Part shown: positions 38,818 through 51,750 of the stretch, in pieces | Layout of the letters: each line of letters opens with the position of its first letter | How positions within the stretch are numbered: position 1 is the first letter of the stretch | Source of the DNA: Octopus vulgaris | Lineage: Eukaryota | Length of the DNA: 64,000 bases | Assembly (NCBI GenBank): GCA_951406725.2 | Contig: OX597832.1 | Location: 63,364,001 to 63,428,000, forward strand | Direction: 5' to 3' | Notes under the pieces: generated by a model | What the model was told of the DNA's origin: nothing | Seen by the model: only the letters and a program-made list of their open reading frames with translations | The model's database searches: none | Program-made: the position numbers and the translations under genes

Positions 38818-41746
38818 ATCATCATCATCATCGTTTAACGTCCGCTTTCCGCGCTAGCACGGGTTGGACGGTTCGACCTGGTCTGGGAAGCCAGGGGCCG
38901 CTCCAGGCTCCAGTCTGAATCTGGCAGAGTTTCTACGGCTGGATGCCCTTCCTAACGCCAACCACTCCGTGAGTGGATTGGGTGCTTTTTACGTGCCACC
39001 TGCACAGGGGCCGGAGGGTCCGGCATCGGTCACGATCGGTTCGAGCTTTTAACGTGTCAGCGGCACGGGGGCAACAAGGTCCGGGGTACTTTGGGGATCG
39101 GGGTACTTTGAGGATCCAGGGTACTTTGGGGATCCGGGGTACTTAGAATGGGTAGGGGGTATGGGGTAGGGGGTATGTGGAATTGCTGCAGAAAGCAGCC
39201 CGGGTCTTTGTAGTCACAGCATATCTCCAGAGATCTCGGTCCTTCGCCATTGCCTCAGTGAGGCCCAATGCTCTGAGGTCATGCTTGACTACCTCATCCC
39301 ATGTCTTCCTGGGTCTACCTCTCCCCCTGATACCTTCAACTGTTTGGGAGTGGCACTTCTTCACACATCTCTCTTCATCCATCCGCAGCACATGACCATA
39401 CCATCGCAAGCGTCACTCTTGCACACCACATCTGATGCTTCTTATATCCAGCATTTCTCTCAGGATGCTTACACTCTGTCTTGCGTGCACACTGACACTA
39501 CACATCCAGCGGATCATGCTAGCTTCATTTCTTTCAAGTCTACGCATGTCTTCTGCAGACACAGCCCATGTTTCATTACCGTGAAGCATGGCAGTTCGCA
39601 CACATGCATCATACAATCTACCTTTTGCTCTGAGGGAGAGACCTTTTGTTGCCAGTAGGGGTAGGAGCTTTCTGAACTTTGCCCAGGCTATTCGTATTCT
39701 AGTGGTGATACTCTCTGTGCATCCACCTCCGCTACTAACTTGGTCACCCAGGTAGCGGAAACTATCAACTACTTCTAGTTTCTCTCCCTGGAATGTGATG
39801 GAATCTGTTTTCTGAGTGTCTGTTGTGTCTATTGTCCCTGTGCATCTGCCGCACATGAAAGCTATCTTATCTGTTAATTTCCCTTTAATGTTGCTGCACC
39901 TCTTATGTGTCCATAACTTACATTGGGTGCATCTTATGGAGTTTCTACCTGTACCTTTCCTACAGGTTGAGCAGGGCCACCTACCCAAGGGGGTGTGTGC
40001 TGAGTACCTCTTGCTGCTTACTAATACTTTGGTCTTTGCTACATTTATTCTAAGGCCCTTTGATTCCAACCCTTGCTTCCACACCCGAAATTTCTCTTCT
40101 AGTTCCGGTAGTGATTCTGCTATGAGAGCTAGGTCATCGGCATAGAGGAGCTCCCAGGGGCATCCCGTTTTGAATTCCTCTGTTATTGCCTGAAGGACTA
40201 TGATGAATAAAAGGGGACTGAGGGCTGAGCCCTGGTGCACACCTACTTCTACCCGGAATTCTTCACTATATTCGTTGCCAATCCTAACCTTGCTGACAGC
40301 CTCTCTGTATAGAGCCTGTACAGCCCTTATTAGCCATTCTTCAATCTCCAGTTTCCGCATCGACCACCAGATAAGGGAACGGGAACCCTGTCAAAGGCTT
40401 TCTCCAAGTCTACAAAAGCTATGTAGAGGGGTTTATCTTTAGCTAGGTACTTCTCCTGCAGTTGTTGGACCAGGAATATAGCATCAGTGGTGCTTCTACC
40501 TGGTACAAAACCGAACTGCATTTCATCTAAACAAATTCTCTCCCTAATGAGATTGGTTATGACCTTCTCTGAGACCTTCATCACCTGGTCCAACAGTTTG
40601 ATACCTCTGTAGTTATTTCTATCTAGAGCATCACCCTTACCCTTGTAGCAGTTGACTATGGTGCTGCTGCACCAGTCATTGGGTATGACTCCATTGTGAA
40701 CTACCTGGTTTACAATGCGGGTGACTATGGCATAGCCCACATAGCCAGCTGTTTTAAGCATCTCAGCAGTGATTCCTGATAGGCCAGGGGCTTTGCCTGG
40801 TTTCATATCCTTAATTGCCTTATCTACAAGGGAGCTGTCTATTCGGGTAGCTGGTCCCTCTACTGGGTCAACATTTGGCAGGCTCTCCTCCTCCCATTCA
40901 TTCTCCTCATTCAGCAGTCTTTCATAATGGCTTCTCCAAGCCTCTTTCTTTTCACTAGTAGTAAAAGCAAGTGCCCCATCATCCATGCGGACACATTTCT
41001 CTCCTATAACATCGCTATTTTCTCTGACACACTGTCTGGCAATCCGAAATACTTCAGCTCTTTGATCCTCGCGACGCTGGACATTGGCAAACTTCTTCTT
41101 TTCTGCTACATCTTTGGCAATGTATACCTGCCGCCCAGCCTCCCTTTTGGCTATCTGGTACCGTTCCCTGCTGCCCCCATCCTTCCAGGCTTTCCAGGCC
41201 CGTCTCTTTTCACAGATGGCTTTATCTACTGCACTATTCCACCACCACGTAATTCTAGGTCTGGAAGGGACTTTGCACCATCCACAGACTTGGTCTGTGG
41301 CACTCAGCAAGCTGTCCCGTAGGAATTCCCAGCTACCTTCTATGTCTGATGTCTGAAGCTCCTCCTCCCTCTCATCAAATTTCTTGATGAGTATGTCCCT
41401 AAATTTCTGACCATGCGAAGGGTTCTTTAGCCTCCAAATCCTTCTTTTCTGGATTGGTTTGTTTCTTGGAGTCCTTCTGGCCTCAAGCTTAAAGTCACTG
41501 ATGATTAGTCTATGCTGAGGGATACATTCTTCACCCGGGAGGGTCTTTGTATTCAAGAGCAACCCTGCATCCCGTTGTCTGGTGAGGATGAAGTCTATTT
41601 GGCTAGCGGAGTCTCCTGACTGATAAGTTATAAGGTGGCAGACTGGCTTCTTGAAGTTAGTGTTGCAGATTGAAAGGTTACATGCATCACAGAATTCCAG
41701 CAGTCTAGTTCCCTCATCATTTCTGGTGCCAATACCATAGCCACCA
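38818..41746 (-). mobile_element. Young 5'-truncated RTE LINE: partial APE, RT (YADD), PHD finger, C-terminus, 3' UTR, (GAT)n tail
   Basis: ORFs 40330-41562 and 39413-40360 (YRGIKLL, QFGF, FVDLEKAFDRVP, GVHQGSALSP, LLYADD, FRYLG) are joined by one frameshift near 40380. One stop at 39413-39415, then GRGRPRKTW. Confidence 0.95.
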
Positions 41747-41964
41747 TTAGTTGTAAAAAATTATTATCTTTGTATGGTGTTTTTTCCCATGCTGGCCACT
41801 TGATAATATCGATATTTAAATATCGATATTATCCTTATTTATAAATTTATATATATATATATAAATTTATAAATAAGGATAATATCGATATTTAAATATC
41901 GATATTATCAAGTGGCCAGCATGGGAAAAAACACCATACAAAGATAATAATTTTTTACAACTAA
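41747..41964. repeat. Perfect 218-bp palindrome centred on (AT)n
   Basis: 109-bp arms with no spacer, centre between 41855 and 41856. Confidence 0.95.
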
Positions 41965-42643
41965 AAATAAGGGTGTCTGAGAGACACCACCATGCCGAAA
42001 TAGCAGTCAAATCCCTGACTCTAAAAACCACGTTAAATGTTCATATCGCACCATGCGATATATATATTCAGTAAATCATACATCTGAAAGAGAAGCACTC
42101 TCTATGTTATAGAGCACTAGAGTATATAGATAAAGATAGACATGGCTGGTCTATGGTGTTACCCAGGTTTTACATCCATAAAGCACTTAACTTTACAGCA
42201 CTTTTTCAGACCCTACAAACAACATGGCCACATGTGTGTATGTGCATGTGTGTGTGTCCACCACTACTTGATAACTGGTGTTGGTTGGTGTACATCCCCA
42301 TAACATAGCAGTTCAGCAAAAGCAACTGATAGAATAAGGACCAGACTTTAAAATTAAAAAAAATGTAGAGGAGTTGATTTGTTCAACTAAAACCCTTTGA
42401 GGTGGTGTCCCAGCATGGCCACAAACCAATAACTGAAACCTATAAACGATATATGAAATAAAATGCACAACACACACAAAACAAGATGGCAACAGTTTAA
42501 CTTTCAACCTAAAATCATCTTTGATTTTCTGGGTGGGGGGGGTCTGTTTTTTTTTCTGGGTTGTTTTTTTCTGTAAAAATACCTTTTATTTTTCCAACTT
42601 TCTTTTAAAATGTATTTTGTTTTATTTTTCATTTCTTTCCTAG

Positions 42644-42769
42644 GACCAAATTCTGTTGCCAAATGCAAAGTTACACCTCAATCTGATGGTACCCACAAAG
42701 TAACTTATATTCCAGTTGAAACTGGATCTTATTGTGTCACTGTCAGGTGGAACGGTAAAGATATAAAAG
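42644..42769 (+). CDS. Filamin-like exon 3
   Basis: ttcctag|GA...AAAG|gtaaat; PNSVAKCKVTPQSDGTHKVTYIPVETGSYCVTVRWNGKDIKG matches the filamin DGT..V.Y.P.E.G.Y.V.V.W motif; 126 nt. Confidence 0.95.
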
Positions 42770-43209
42770 GTAAATCTCTGTCTTTCACAGCCGCATCCAA
42801 CCCCCATCTTTGCAACAGCAGTTCCCATTAATTTTGCTTCCTTTTTTTTTTCTTTGTATGAATGTGTGTGTGTATGTATGTACATACATATGTATATATG
42901 CATGCATGTGTGTATGTGTGTATTATATGTATATGTATATGTGTGTATGTATGCATCATCAGGTCACTGGAAGTGCTACTGGTACCATGTAGTCCAGTAC
43001 AACCTGTTACATGGTCGGGTCATCGGCAACTAAACTGGCAACCCACCTGTCAAAGGGCAGAAGAACTACAACGTAGCCAACGTGTGTCTGGAGTGCTTTG
43101 TGCGTGTGTGTTTGTGTGTGCTTTGTATGTATCGCATTTTTTTTAAAACTCTGTATATGGTGTATATATTGCATTTTAAACTTTGTGTGTGTATATAAAA
43201 TGTACATGT

Positions 43210-44232
43210 TGTATTGTCACTGTCCCTTGTCACAGCCGAGGCGTTGTATCCCAGAAGAAGCGGAAGAACCATTTGGTCATCGGCTTAAATGGAATTTCGT
43301 GATCATTGGGACCTCGGTTTGATTAATGACCAAGCAAAGGTTTATGAACTAGTCTACTCGTCATCGTCCATCAATGGGTGTGACTCCCTGATCTCGCTCT
43401 GCTGCCTTGTAGATAGACTTGTTAGTCAAAGGCTCCAGGTGGAGTCTCCTAAGCTAATCCCCTACTCCGGCCTAGGCAACCGGGTAGTATACGCCTACTG
43501 AAAACCATGGATCCTTTTCTCTCTTTTGCCATGGTTTGGATGGCATGGGCAGGAGGAGCTCATCAGCCATGGTTGGCAACCCTCCTAGGAGAGGATAACT
43601 CCGACTTCAAACCTACGTCCTGAGGATCTAGCTGTCACTGTCCCAGCTCGCTAGGCCATGGCAGATGAACCTCATGCTTAAAGGGTGGGGCCAGTTTGCA
43701 CGCACTGCACTTCACCTTAAAACTCCCTAGCGCAGGCCAAAGGACATGTCCACATTCTGTGACCAGCCATCCTAAAAGCCCTGCAGCGATGTGAAAGGAG
43801 CAAATGCAGCAGGTGGAAGATGTCACTGGAAGCCGTAGTCTCAACCCTACATGTAGGCAGCTCAGGATTTTGGTCGCCTGGTTGTCGACCTGGAGGCAAC
43901 AACACCACTCGGCAGCATCCTGAGCGACCAGGCAGCCCTATTTAGGGAGAGCACTGCCTGCTCAACATGGAGAGGGGCGGTAGAAAAGGTTCACCTAAAC
44001 AAAGCTCGTCTCCTCTATACCCAGTTGGCTAGCCATAGTCAACGGGCATCTTCAGAGCGGTTGAACAAACATGGAAACAAAACCAAAGAAAAGTAAGCAG
44101 GAGTTGAAAGTTGCCTACTGGAATGTCAGGACCATGCTTGACAAGGCTGACAGCAGCCACCCAGAACGTCATTCGGCTCTCATAGCTCATGAACTCTCTC
44201 GTTTCAACATTGACATAGCAGCTGTCAGCAAG
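43210..44232 (+). mobile_element. 5' end (UTR and start of AP endonuclease) of a different RTE/BovB-like LINE
   Basis: LKVAYWNVRTMLD...ERHSALIAHELSRFNIDIAAVS, truncated at (TA)n. The 5' boundary is approximate. Confidence 0.78.
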
Positions 44233-45140
44233 GTATATATATATATATATATATATACTCAAAATGTGACTACATGTAGATTGTTGGCAATTTTTTTCTT
44301 ATTTTCCTCTGTCCACCTTTTCTCTTGGACTTTTTTCTGTCTCCTATTTTTGAGGTAGAGCTTTGCTTGAAAAGTAAAACTAACTTTCTTTTCTTGAGCA
44401 TTTGTTAATATTTTGCATGTACCATGTCCTCACGTTGTTATTTTTTTACTTGTGTTTTTTCTTCATTTTGGGGGGGATTAATCATATATATAGTGGCATT
44501 AGGAAGGGCATCCAGCCGTAGAGACATTGCCAGATCAGACTGGGCCTGGTGCAGCCTTCTGGCTTCCCAGACCCCAGTTGAACCGTCCAACCCATGCTAG
44601 CATGGAAAGCGGATGCTAAACGATGATGATGGTGATAGTGGCTTTGTGTCTACATTTGTACCCCCACCACTGCTTGATAACTGGCGGTGGTGTGTTTATG
44701 TTCATGTAACTAAGCAGTTCGGTAAAAGAGGCCAATAAAAAAAGTACCAGGCATAAAAAAGAAAGAACTGATGTCGATCTGGTCGATTAAAATTCAAGTC
44801 GGCACCCCAGCATGGCCACAGTCTCATGACTGAAAAAAATAAAAGAACCACTAAATTCTTTAATAAAACTTTAAGCTAAGGGAAGTAACTCTTGTACATC
44901 TATCTCAGTATACTATGGCATTGAAACTTATCATGGTCACTTTACCTGCTAGAAATAGCAGCCAAAATGCTTTTAAATCAGATCCTAATGCTGGATGTTC
45001 AAGAACCAAATGAAGGGCAGATCTTAAATCCCAATGTCATTCTGATTCCAAAGGGGTTATAATATGTAGAGCAAATGTAGACAGAGAAACAGGGGTCCCA
45101 GAATTTTGCTTTTATTAATATAGATGTGCTTTCTTTACAG

Positions 45141-45287
45141 GAAGTCCCTTCCGCCCGTATATTGTTGATCCTAGTAAAGTCTATGTAACTGGAGGTTGGC
45201 AGCATTTCATGGATCCCAATGACCGTATCCGTCTCGTTGTTAACGAGGAAAAGAGAATTCCTTTTGATGTTTCTGAAGCAGGGCCAG
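45141..45287 (+). CDS. Filamin-like exon 4
   Basis: ctttacag|GA...CCAG|gtattt; GSPFRPYIVDPSKVYVTGGWQHFMDPNDRIRLVVNEEKRIPFDVSEAGPG; 147 nt. Confidence 0.95.
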
Positions 45288-45604
45288 GTATTTCCATTAA
45301 ACCATTTTCACATAACCACCACCTTCACTGCCGCCATCACCACCACCACCACCACCCTACTTCATTGCACATTCTATACAAGCATTGTAGTTGTATGCAT
45401 GCATATGTATGTGTCTTATATATGTATGTGTCTTATATATGTATGCATATTTGTGTGTGTGTATGTATGTATATATAGTGTGTGTGTGTATGTGTTTGTA
45501 CGTTTATATGTGTGAGTATATATATATGTGTGTGCATGTGTCTGTGTGTAGTGAATGTGTATGTATAGATACATCTTTGTGTATATGTATGTGTGTGTGT
45601 GTAT

Positions 45605-46895
45605 AGTCAGCTGCTCTGGCAACGATCACACTCGGATGGTGCTTTTAGCACTCCACTAGGATGGATACCAATCATTGAATTTGATTGCAATTTCACTTGC
45701 CTCAACAGGTCTTCGCTAGCAGAGTTTAGTGTCCAATGAAGGAAGGGTACGCATAAGTGGGCTGGTTACACCCCTGGCATAGGCCACGAGGTTATGGTCT
45801 CACTTGGCTTGCCAGGTCTTCTCAAGCACAGCATATTTCCAAAAGTCTTGGACACTAGCCATTGCCTCAGTGAGGCCTAATGTTCAAAGGTCGTGCTTCA
45901 CCATCTCTTCCACAGGTTTCCTCAACCTCTAGAGTGTGGCACTTTTTCACACAGCTATCCTCATCCATTCTTGCCACATGACCATACCAGTGCAGTTGTC
46001 TCTCTTGCACACTACATTTGATGCTTCTTTGGTCTAACTTTTCTTGCAAGGTGCTTGCACTCTGTCGAGTATGCACACTGACATTGCACATCCATCGGAG
46101 CATACTGGCTTCATTTCTTGCAAGCTTACGCACGTCCTCAGCAGTCATGGCCCATACTTTACTGCCATGTAGCATGGGTGTTTGTACACATGCGTCATAC
46201 AGTCTACCTTTTACTCTGAGCGAGAGGCCCTTAGTCACCAGCAGAGGTAACAGCTCTCTGAACTTTGCCCAGGCTATTCTTATTCTAACAGCTACACTTT
46301 CAGTGCACCCTCCCCCACTACTGACTTGGTCACCTAGGTAATGGAAGCTATCAACCAGATAAGGGATTGGGGACCCTGTCAAAGGCTTTCTCCACGTCAA
46401 CAAAAGCCAGGTACAGAGGCTTATCTTTGGCCAAATATTTCTCCTGCAGATGTCTTACCAGAAATATAGCAGCAGTGGTGCTTTTCCCTGGTATGAACCC
46501 AAACTGCATCTCATCTAAACTGACTCTCTCTCTAATGAGTTGGGCTATGATCCTCTCCATGACCTTCATTAGCTGATCCAGCAACTTGATACCTCTGTAA
46601 TTATTTGTATCTAAAGTGTCACCTTTACATTTGTATCAGTTGACTATTATGCTGCTACACCAGTCATTGGGTATGACTCCTTCGTGTATCATCTGGTTAA
46701 CTATACAGGTGACTTGGCTATAGCCAATACCGCCAGATATTTTGAGCATCTCTGCAGTGATTCCTGATGGGCTGGGGGTTTTCCTTGTCTTCATACTCTT
46801 AATTGCTTTATCTACCAAGGTACTGTCAATTCAGATAGCTGGTCCCTCTGTTGGGTTGACATTTGGCAGACTCTCTTTCTCCCATTCATTCTCTA
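45605..46895 (-). mobile_element. RTE LINE fragment with internal deletion
   Basis: FVDVEKAFDRVP is joined almost directly to DSFHYLG near 46355, removing the YADD and PHD segment. Confidence 0.9.
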
Positions 46896-47143
46896 GATGC
46901 TGCATCATTAGAAATTTGCTTCTTAAGCACACAGTTCTAGGTTCAGACCGTGTTTGGCAGATTGAAATGAAATACACCCTTGTATGCATATGTGTGTGTG
47001 TCTGTACGAAAATGTTGAACGATGAAATGAGTGCTCAATAATGCATTGGTGGATAGAATCTCTTTATTTGTGAATTAAGGCTACCATTGGTTTCATGCTA
47101 AAAAATAGAAAAATAACTTAATTTTTTCAAGCAAATCAAATGG

Positions 47144-47186
<43 letters not shown>

Positions 47187-47434
47187 CACTGCTTTTCTTT
47201 CTCCTTCACTTTATTTTTTGTTTAACTACCATAAGACTTCACTGAGTAGCTACACCCTACCTCCACTTAAACATATCCACTACATTTGAATCTCCGTTTC
47301 CCACCTTCCTTACAGTACAACATTTTATATTTATTTCTTAGGTGGTGACCACTTAAACTAAATGGTCAACACTATAAATAGAGCCACTCCAACAGGTTTG
47401 ACTCTCTTTCAAATTTACTGTATGTATATTTTAG

Positions 47435-47542
47435 GTAACCTGACGGCAGAGGTAAGGGACCCACGCAACACTAAGCTGCCTGTTCAAATAGACACAAGCG
47501 GTGACGGTATAAACACCCTGGTCTTTACCCCAAAGGTTGAAG
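47435..47542 (+). CDS. Filamin-like exon 5
   Basis: attttag|GT...GAAG|gtaaga; NLTAEVRDPRNTKLPVQIDTSGDGINTLVFTPKVEG; 108 nt. Confidence 0.93.
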
Positions 47543-47812
47543 GTAAGACTTACAAATTCTTATATATTTATTTCCTGGTTTCTTTAGAAAGTGTGACTGA
47601 CCAAGTTGATAGAAGTACTGAAGAATAGGGGTACTTGTCGATGGAAGTATTAATGGAGGTATTGGTCGATAGAGGTATTGGTCATTCAGCATTGGTAGTT
47701 TGTATTGTGCGGCCAAGTTAATAATGGAGTGTTGGATAATCAGCCAAGGCATTGGTGATTTATATAATTTGGCCAAATAGAGAGTAGATGCTTGCGACTG
47801 CAATCGTATAAC

Positions 47813-47852
<40 letters not shown>

Positions 47853-49096
47853 AGTTACTTGGTGACTATGCTGGTGTCATGTAAAAAGCATCGAGTCCAC
47901 TATGTAAAGTGGTTGGCGTGTGGAAGGTCATCCAGCTGTAAAACCTTGCTGAAACTGACCTCACCTGTGCTGGTGCCACATAAAAAGCACTGAATCCAAT
48001 CTGCTGGGTGGTTGGTGTTAGGAAGGGCATCCAGCTGTAACGACTGTGCCAAAACAGACACAGAAGTTTAGTGCAGTCTTCTCCCTGGCCAGCTCCTGTC
48101 AAACCGTCCAACCCATAACTGCATGGAAGGCAGATGTTAAATGATGATGATGACAATGATACAATATGAGAGGAAGAAAATGGAATTCATGAGACTATAC
48201 AGAAACACTACAATTGTTTCAATCCACTGCTACCTTTCGAGTGAGATACTGAACAAACAGTTGTGATGCATCACAGGTGCAAATACATCACCTCAGGTGC
48301 TGTTTCAGAAAGTATCTTGTTTCTTACTTGCCATTTCACTAATTTTTATAGCAATACATTTTGGTTATTGTAGCCTACTATGCATTCCCATAAGGAACAG
48401 AGATATAAGATAACAATATTATTAGATAAGATATAATATAACAATTGTAGTGGTTCTGAATAAAGAGTCTTGTGGATTTCATTTTCTTTCTCTAATATTT
48501 TTATATAAACTCTACAGACGCAAAGGAATTCCAGAATTAAATCTAATGGCATATAGCCGAATACTGTGAACAGGCTTTAAACAGCATACAACAAGGCATA
48601 TACCTGAATAGAAAATTATTACATATATATATATATATTGTGTACAGTTAAATGGTGATCCATTGTAGCTAGGTACCCAAATGCTCTTAGATCATAACAG
48701 TTTTGGGACTGGGGTCATGTAAAAAGCACTGGTGTTAGTGCCACGTAAAAAGCACCCAGTTCATTCGGCAAAGTGGTTGGTGTTAGGAAGACCATCCAGC
48801 TGTAGAAACCCTGCCAAAACAGACAACAGAACTTCGCGAAGTTCCTGTCAAAACCATCCAACCCATGCCTGCATAGAAAAAAGGTGTTAAATGATGATGA
48901 CTTATAAGTTAGATCATGGAATCCTGTGTGAATCACAGTCATTGACAGAGAAACATTGAAAGAGAGTGGAAGCCTTATGTGTAACCAGGCATGAAGTGGA
49001 ATGAAGAATTTTTATAAATTAATATAATTCACATATTTTTGTTGTTTACCATAATGAACTGTATTTGTTTTTTGTCTTTTTTTTTCTAATCAATAG

Positions 49097-49288
49097 GTGA
49101 TCATAATATCAACATTTATTGGTCTGACCTTCCATTGGTTGGTTCGCCATTCCTTGGTTATGCTGTACCGAAACAGGTTACCCAAGTACCTGATGCATCG
49201 AAGATTGTGCTTGCTGGTAAAGGCCTCAAAGAAGCAGTAGTCCGGGAAGAAGCAGAATTTCGTATTGATGGCTCAAAAGCAGGCCCAG
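49097..49288 (+). CDS. Filamin-like exon 6
   Basis: poly-T tract then caatag|GT...CCAG|gtacca; DHNINIYWSDLPLVGSPFLGYAVPKQVTQVPDASKIVLAGKGLKEAVVREEAEFRIDGSKAGPG; 192 nt. Confidence 0.94.
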
Positions 49289-49421
49289 GTACCAACATCA
49301 TTATTAGTAACTTGTACATCACCACAAACATTTTCTGAATGCACACATATATACACATACACACATATACATGCATACATATATTCACGTGTAATACTTC
49401 ATTTTTCCTAATTTTTTTTAG

Positions 49422-49703
49422 GTAAACCCGTGGTTAACCTTACAGGAGTACGCACAGACATTGATGTTGACGTTATACCCCAGGGAAACAATTGCTACCG
49501 TTGCAAATACATGCCCATAATTCCTGGTGCTTACCTTTTGAATATCACTTGGAATGACAGGCAGCTGAAGGGTTCTCCCTATAAGATCACTATCATAGCA
49601 GCACCACAACCTCAGAAAGTAATGATCACAGGAGAAGGTCTTAAAGGAGGAATGATGGGTAAAGACCTACAAATGAACATCGACACACGGAAAGCTGGAC
49701 TGG
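49422..49703 (+). CDS. Filamin-like exon 7
   Basis: ttttttag|GT...CTGG|gtacgt after a 133-nt intron; KPVVNLTG...CKYMPIIPGAYLLNITWNDRQLKGSPYKITI...PQKVMITGEGLKGG...IDTRKAGLG; 282 nt. Confidence 0.95.
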
Positions 49704-51077
49704 GTACGTAATTGAGAAAGTTTGTGTGTACACAGACACATTCAGTTATTAATGTTTGACTTGTTTGTATATGTATTATCTACAGGTGATAGGAAAAGAC
49801 AATTGTCATGCTGATGATGCTTGTTGAGGCAGAAACACATGTCCACCGCTGTCCTCTTATCTCCAGCCAATAAACCTGTCCTCTTCCTTAAATGACATAT
49901 CCATTTCAGAAAACTCTTGATTCTTGAGATTATCTCCCCTTTTCAAGTGGAGCTGGTCTCAACTGTCATCTTGTAATTAGGTTACATCGTCTAGAGGCAG
50001 AGGTTTTGTTAATAAACCACACATATACATATAATATAGGCTTGGTAGAGCAAACAGGATAAACAGAACTCAAATAAATAAATATATTCTATTTTTATTA
50101 TTATTAATATTTAGCAGAAATAACAGTGACTCAAGGTTCAAGAGTTTTATGCAGTGCCAACACATGAAACTCTCAGACCATGAGTCACTCTGTTAAATAT
50201 TAATAAAAATATACATATTCTTTTATTCTTTTACTTGTTTGTCATTTGACAGTGGCCATGCTAGAGCACTGCCCTTAGTCAAACAAATCGACACCTAGTA
50301 CTTTTTCTATCGGTCTCTTTTGCCGAACTGCTAAGTTACAGGGATGTAAACACACCAGCATCGGTTGTCAAGCGATGTTGGACATACACACACATATACG
50401 ATAGGCTTCTTTCAGTTTCCACCTATCAAATCCACTCATAAGGTTTTGGTCGGCCCAAGGCTGTAGTAGAAGACACTTGCCCAAGGTGCCATGCAGTGGA
50501 ACTGAACCCGGAACCATGTGGTTGGTAAGCAAGCTACTTACTACACAGCCACTCCTGTGCCTATACTCATATTTTGAGACCTATTTTTCCTGTTTGCATC
50601 AACATACCTGTATAATCTATTATTATTAATTGACAGAAACTATAAAATGATTCAAGGGCCAAAAATAACTAACCCTTACACACACACACTAATCCTGAAT
50701 AAGGATCAATAACCTATTTTCTACCAGCCTATGTATATATTATGTATAAAAACATGCCCCCATATCTCTCCACATCCACTACCCCAATTCCACCACTGGC
50801 AATGCTGATGTAAGTAAAACATAACCAAATTGTTGCACAAAAGCCAACTGCTCAATGACCCACAAATACATGAAATTAGAAAATTTTTATGAATAAAATT
50901 TCAAAGGCCTCAAGATAAAAACTTCCCATGGCCCAACAATTGTGGGCTGTAGCTCATCTGTTGCCAACCATTGGCCTATACATTGCTTTTAAAGTTTTAC
51001 TATGTAAAATAAATGAAATTCACTTTACAGTACACACGTATGATGAAATGATGACCATATTAATATTTCATATCCAG

Positions 51078-51227
51078 GCGAACTGACAGCACACTGCGTT
51101 GGGCCAAACGTTGTAGCATATTGTGAGCTTGCTGACAACCATGATGGAATCTACAAGCTAACAGTACGACCACAGGAAGCAGGTAGACATGTTTTACAGA
51201 TCAAGTATGGAGGTGATCATATATTAG
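51078..51227 (+). CDS. Filamin-like exon 8 (not in the ORF track)
   Basis: tatccag|GC...TTAG|gtaagc; ELTAHCVGPNVVAYCELADNHDGIYKLTVRPQEAGRHVLQIKYGGDHILG; 150 nt. Confidence 0.95.
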
Positions 51228-51750
51228 GTAAGCAAATGTTCTATGCATTCTTGTATCATCATCATCATCATCACAACAGTAACAAAGAGGTATGTTTAGA
51301 GCCCAGTCAACGTTTCTCGTCTCCTTTTCAAACTGGTGTTTATAACTTTATATATGGCTGTGTGCTCTCTCTCTCTCAAGTGTAACTGCCCAAAATGGTC
51401 ATGACATCTGGTACTTGACTGAAGAAGGAAGGCCATGAATGACCCGTCTTTTTTAGCTTGTCCTAATTGTTGTTTCACATATATATATACATATATACGA
51501 TGGGCTTCTTTCAGTTTCTGTCTACCAAATCCATTCACAAGGGCTTGGTCGGCCTGAGGCTATAGTAAAAGACACTTGCGCATGGTGCCACACAGTGGGA
51601 CTGAACCCAGAACCATGTGGTTGGTAAGCAAGCTACTTACCACACAGCCACTCCTATGCCTATATATATATATATAAAATGAACTGTTCCATGATAGAAA
51701 TATCAACAACAACAAAAAAAATCCATCTGGTGAGAGATAAACATCATTTA

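Noticed and set aside
38818-41746. Active autonomous LINE
   Set aside because: It is 5'-truncated within the endonuclease and has a frameshift and a premature stop.
47431-47440. AG|GTAA at exon 5 and exon 7 starts as recursive splice sites
   Set aside because: Explained by phase-1 Gly codons (G|GT) followed by AAC/AAA; there is no independent support.
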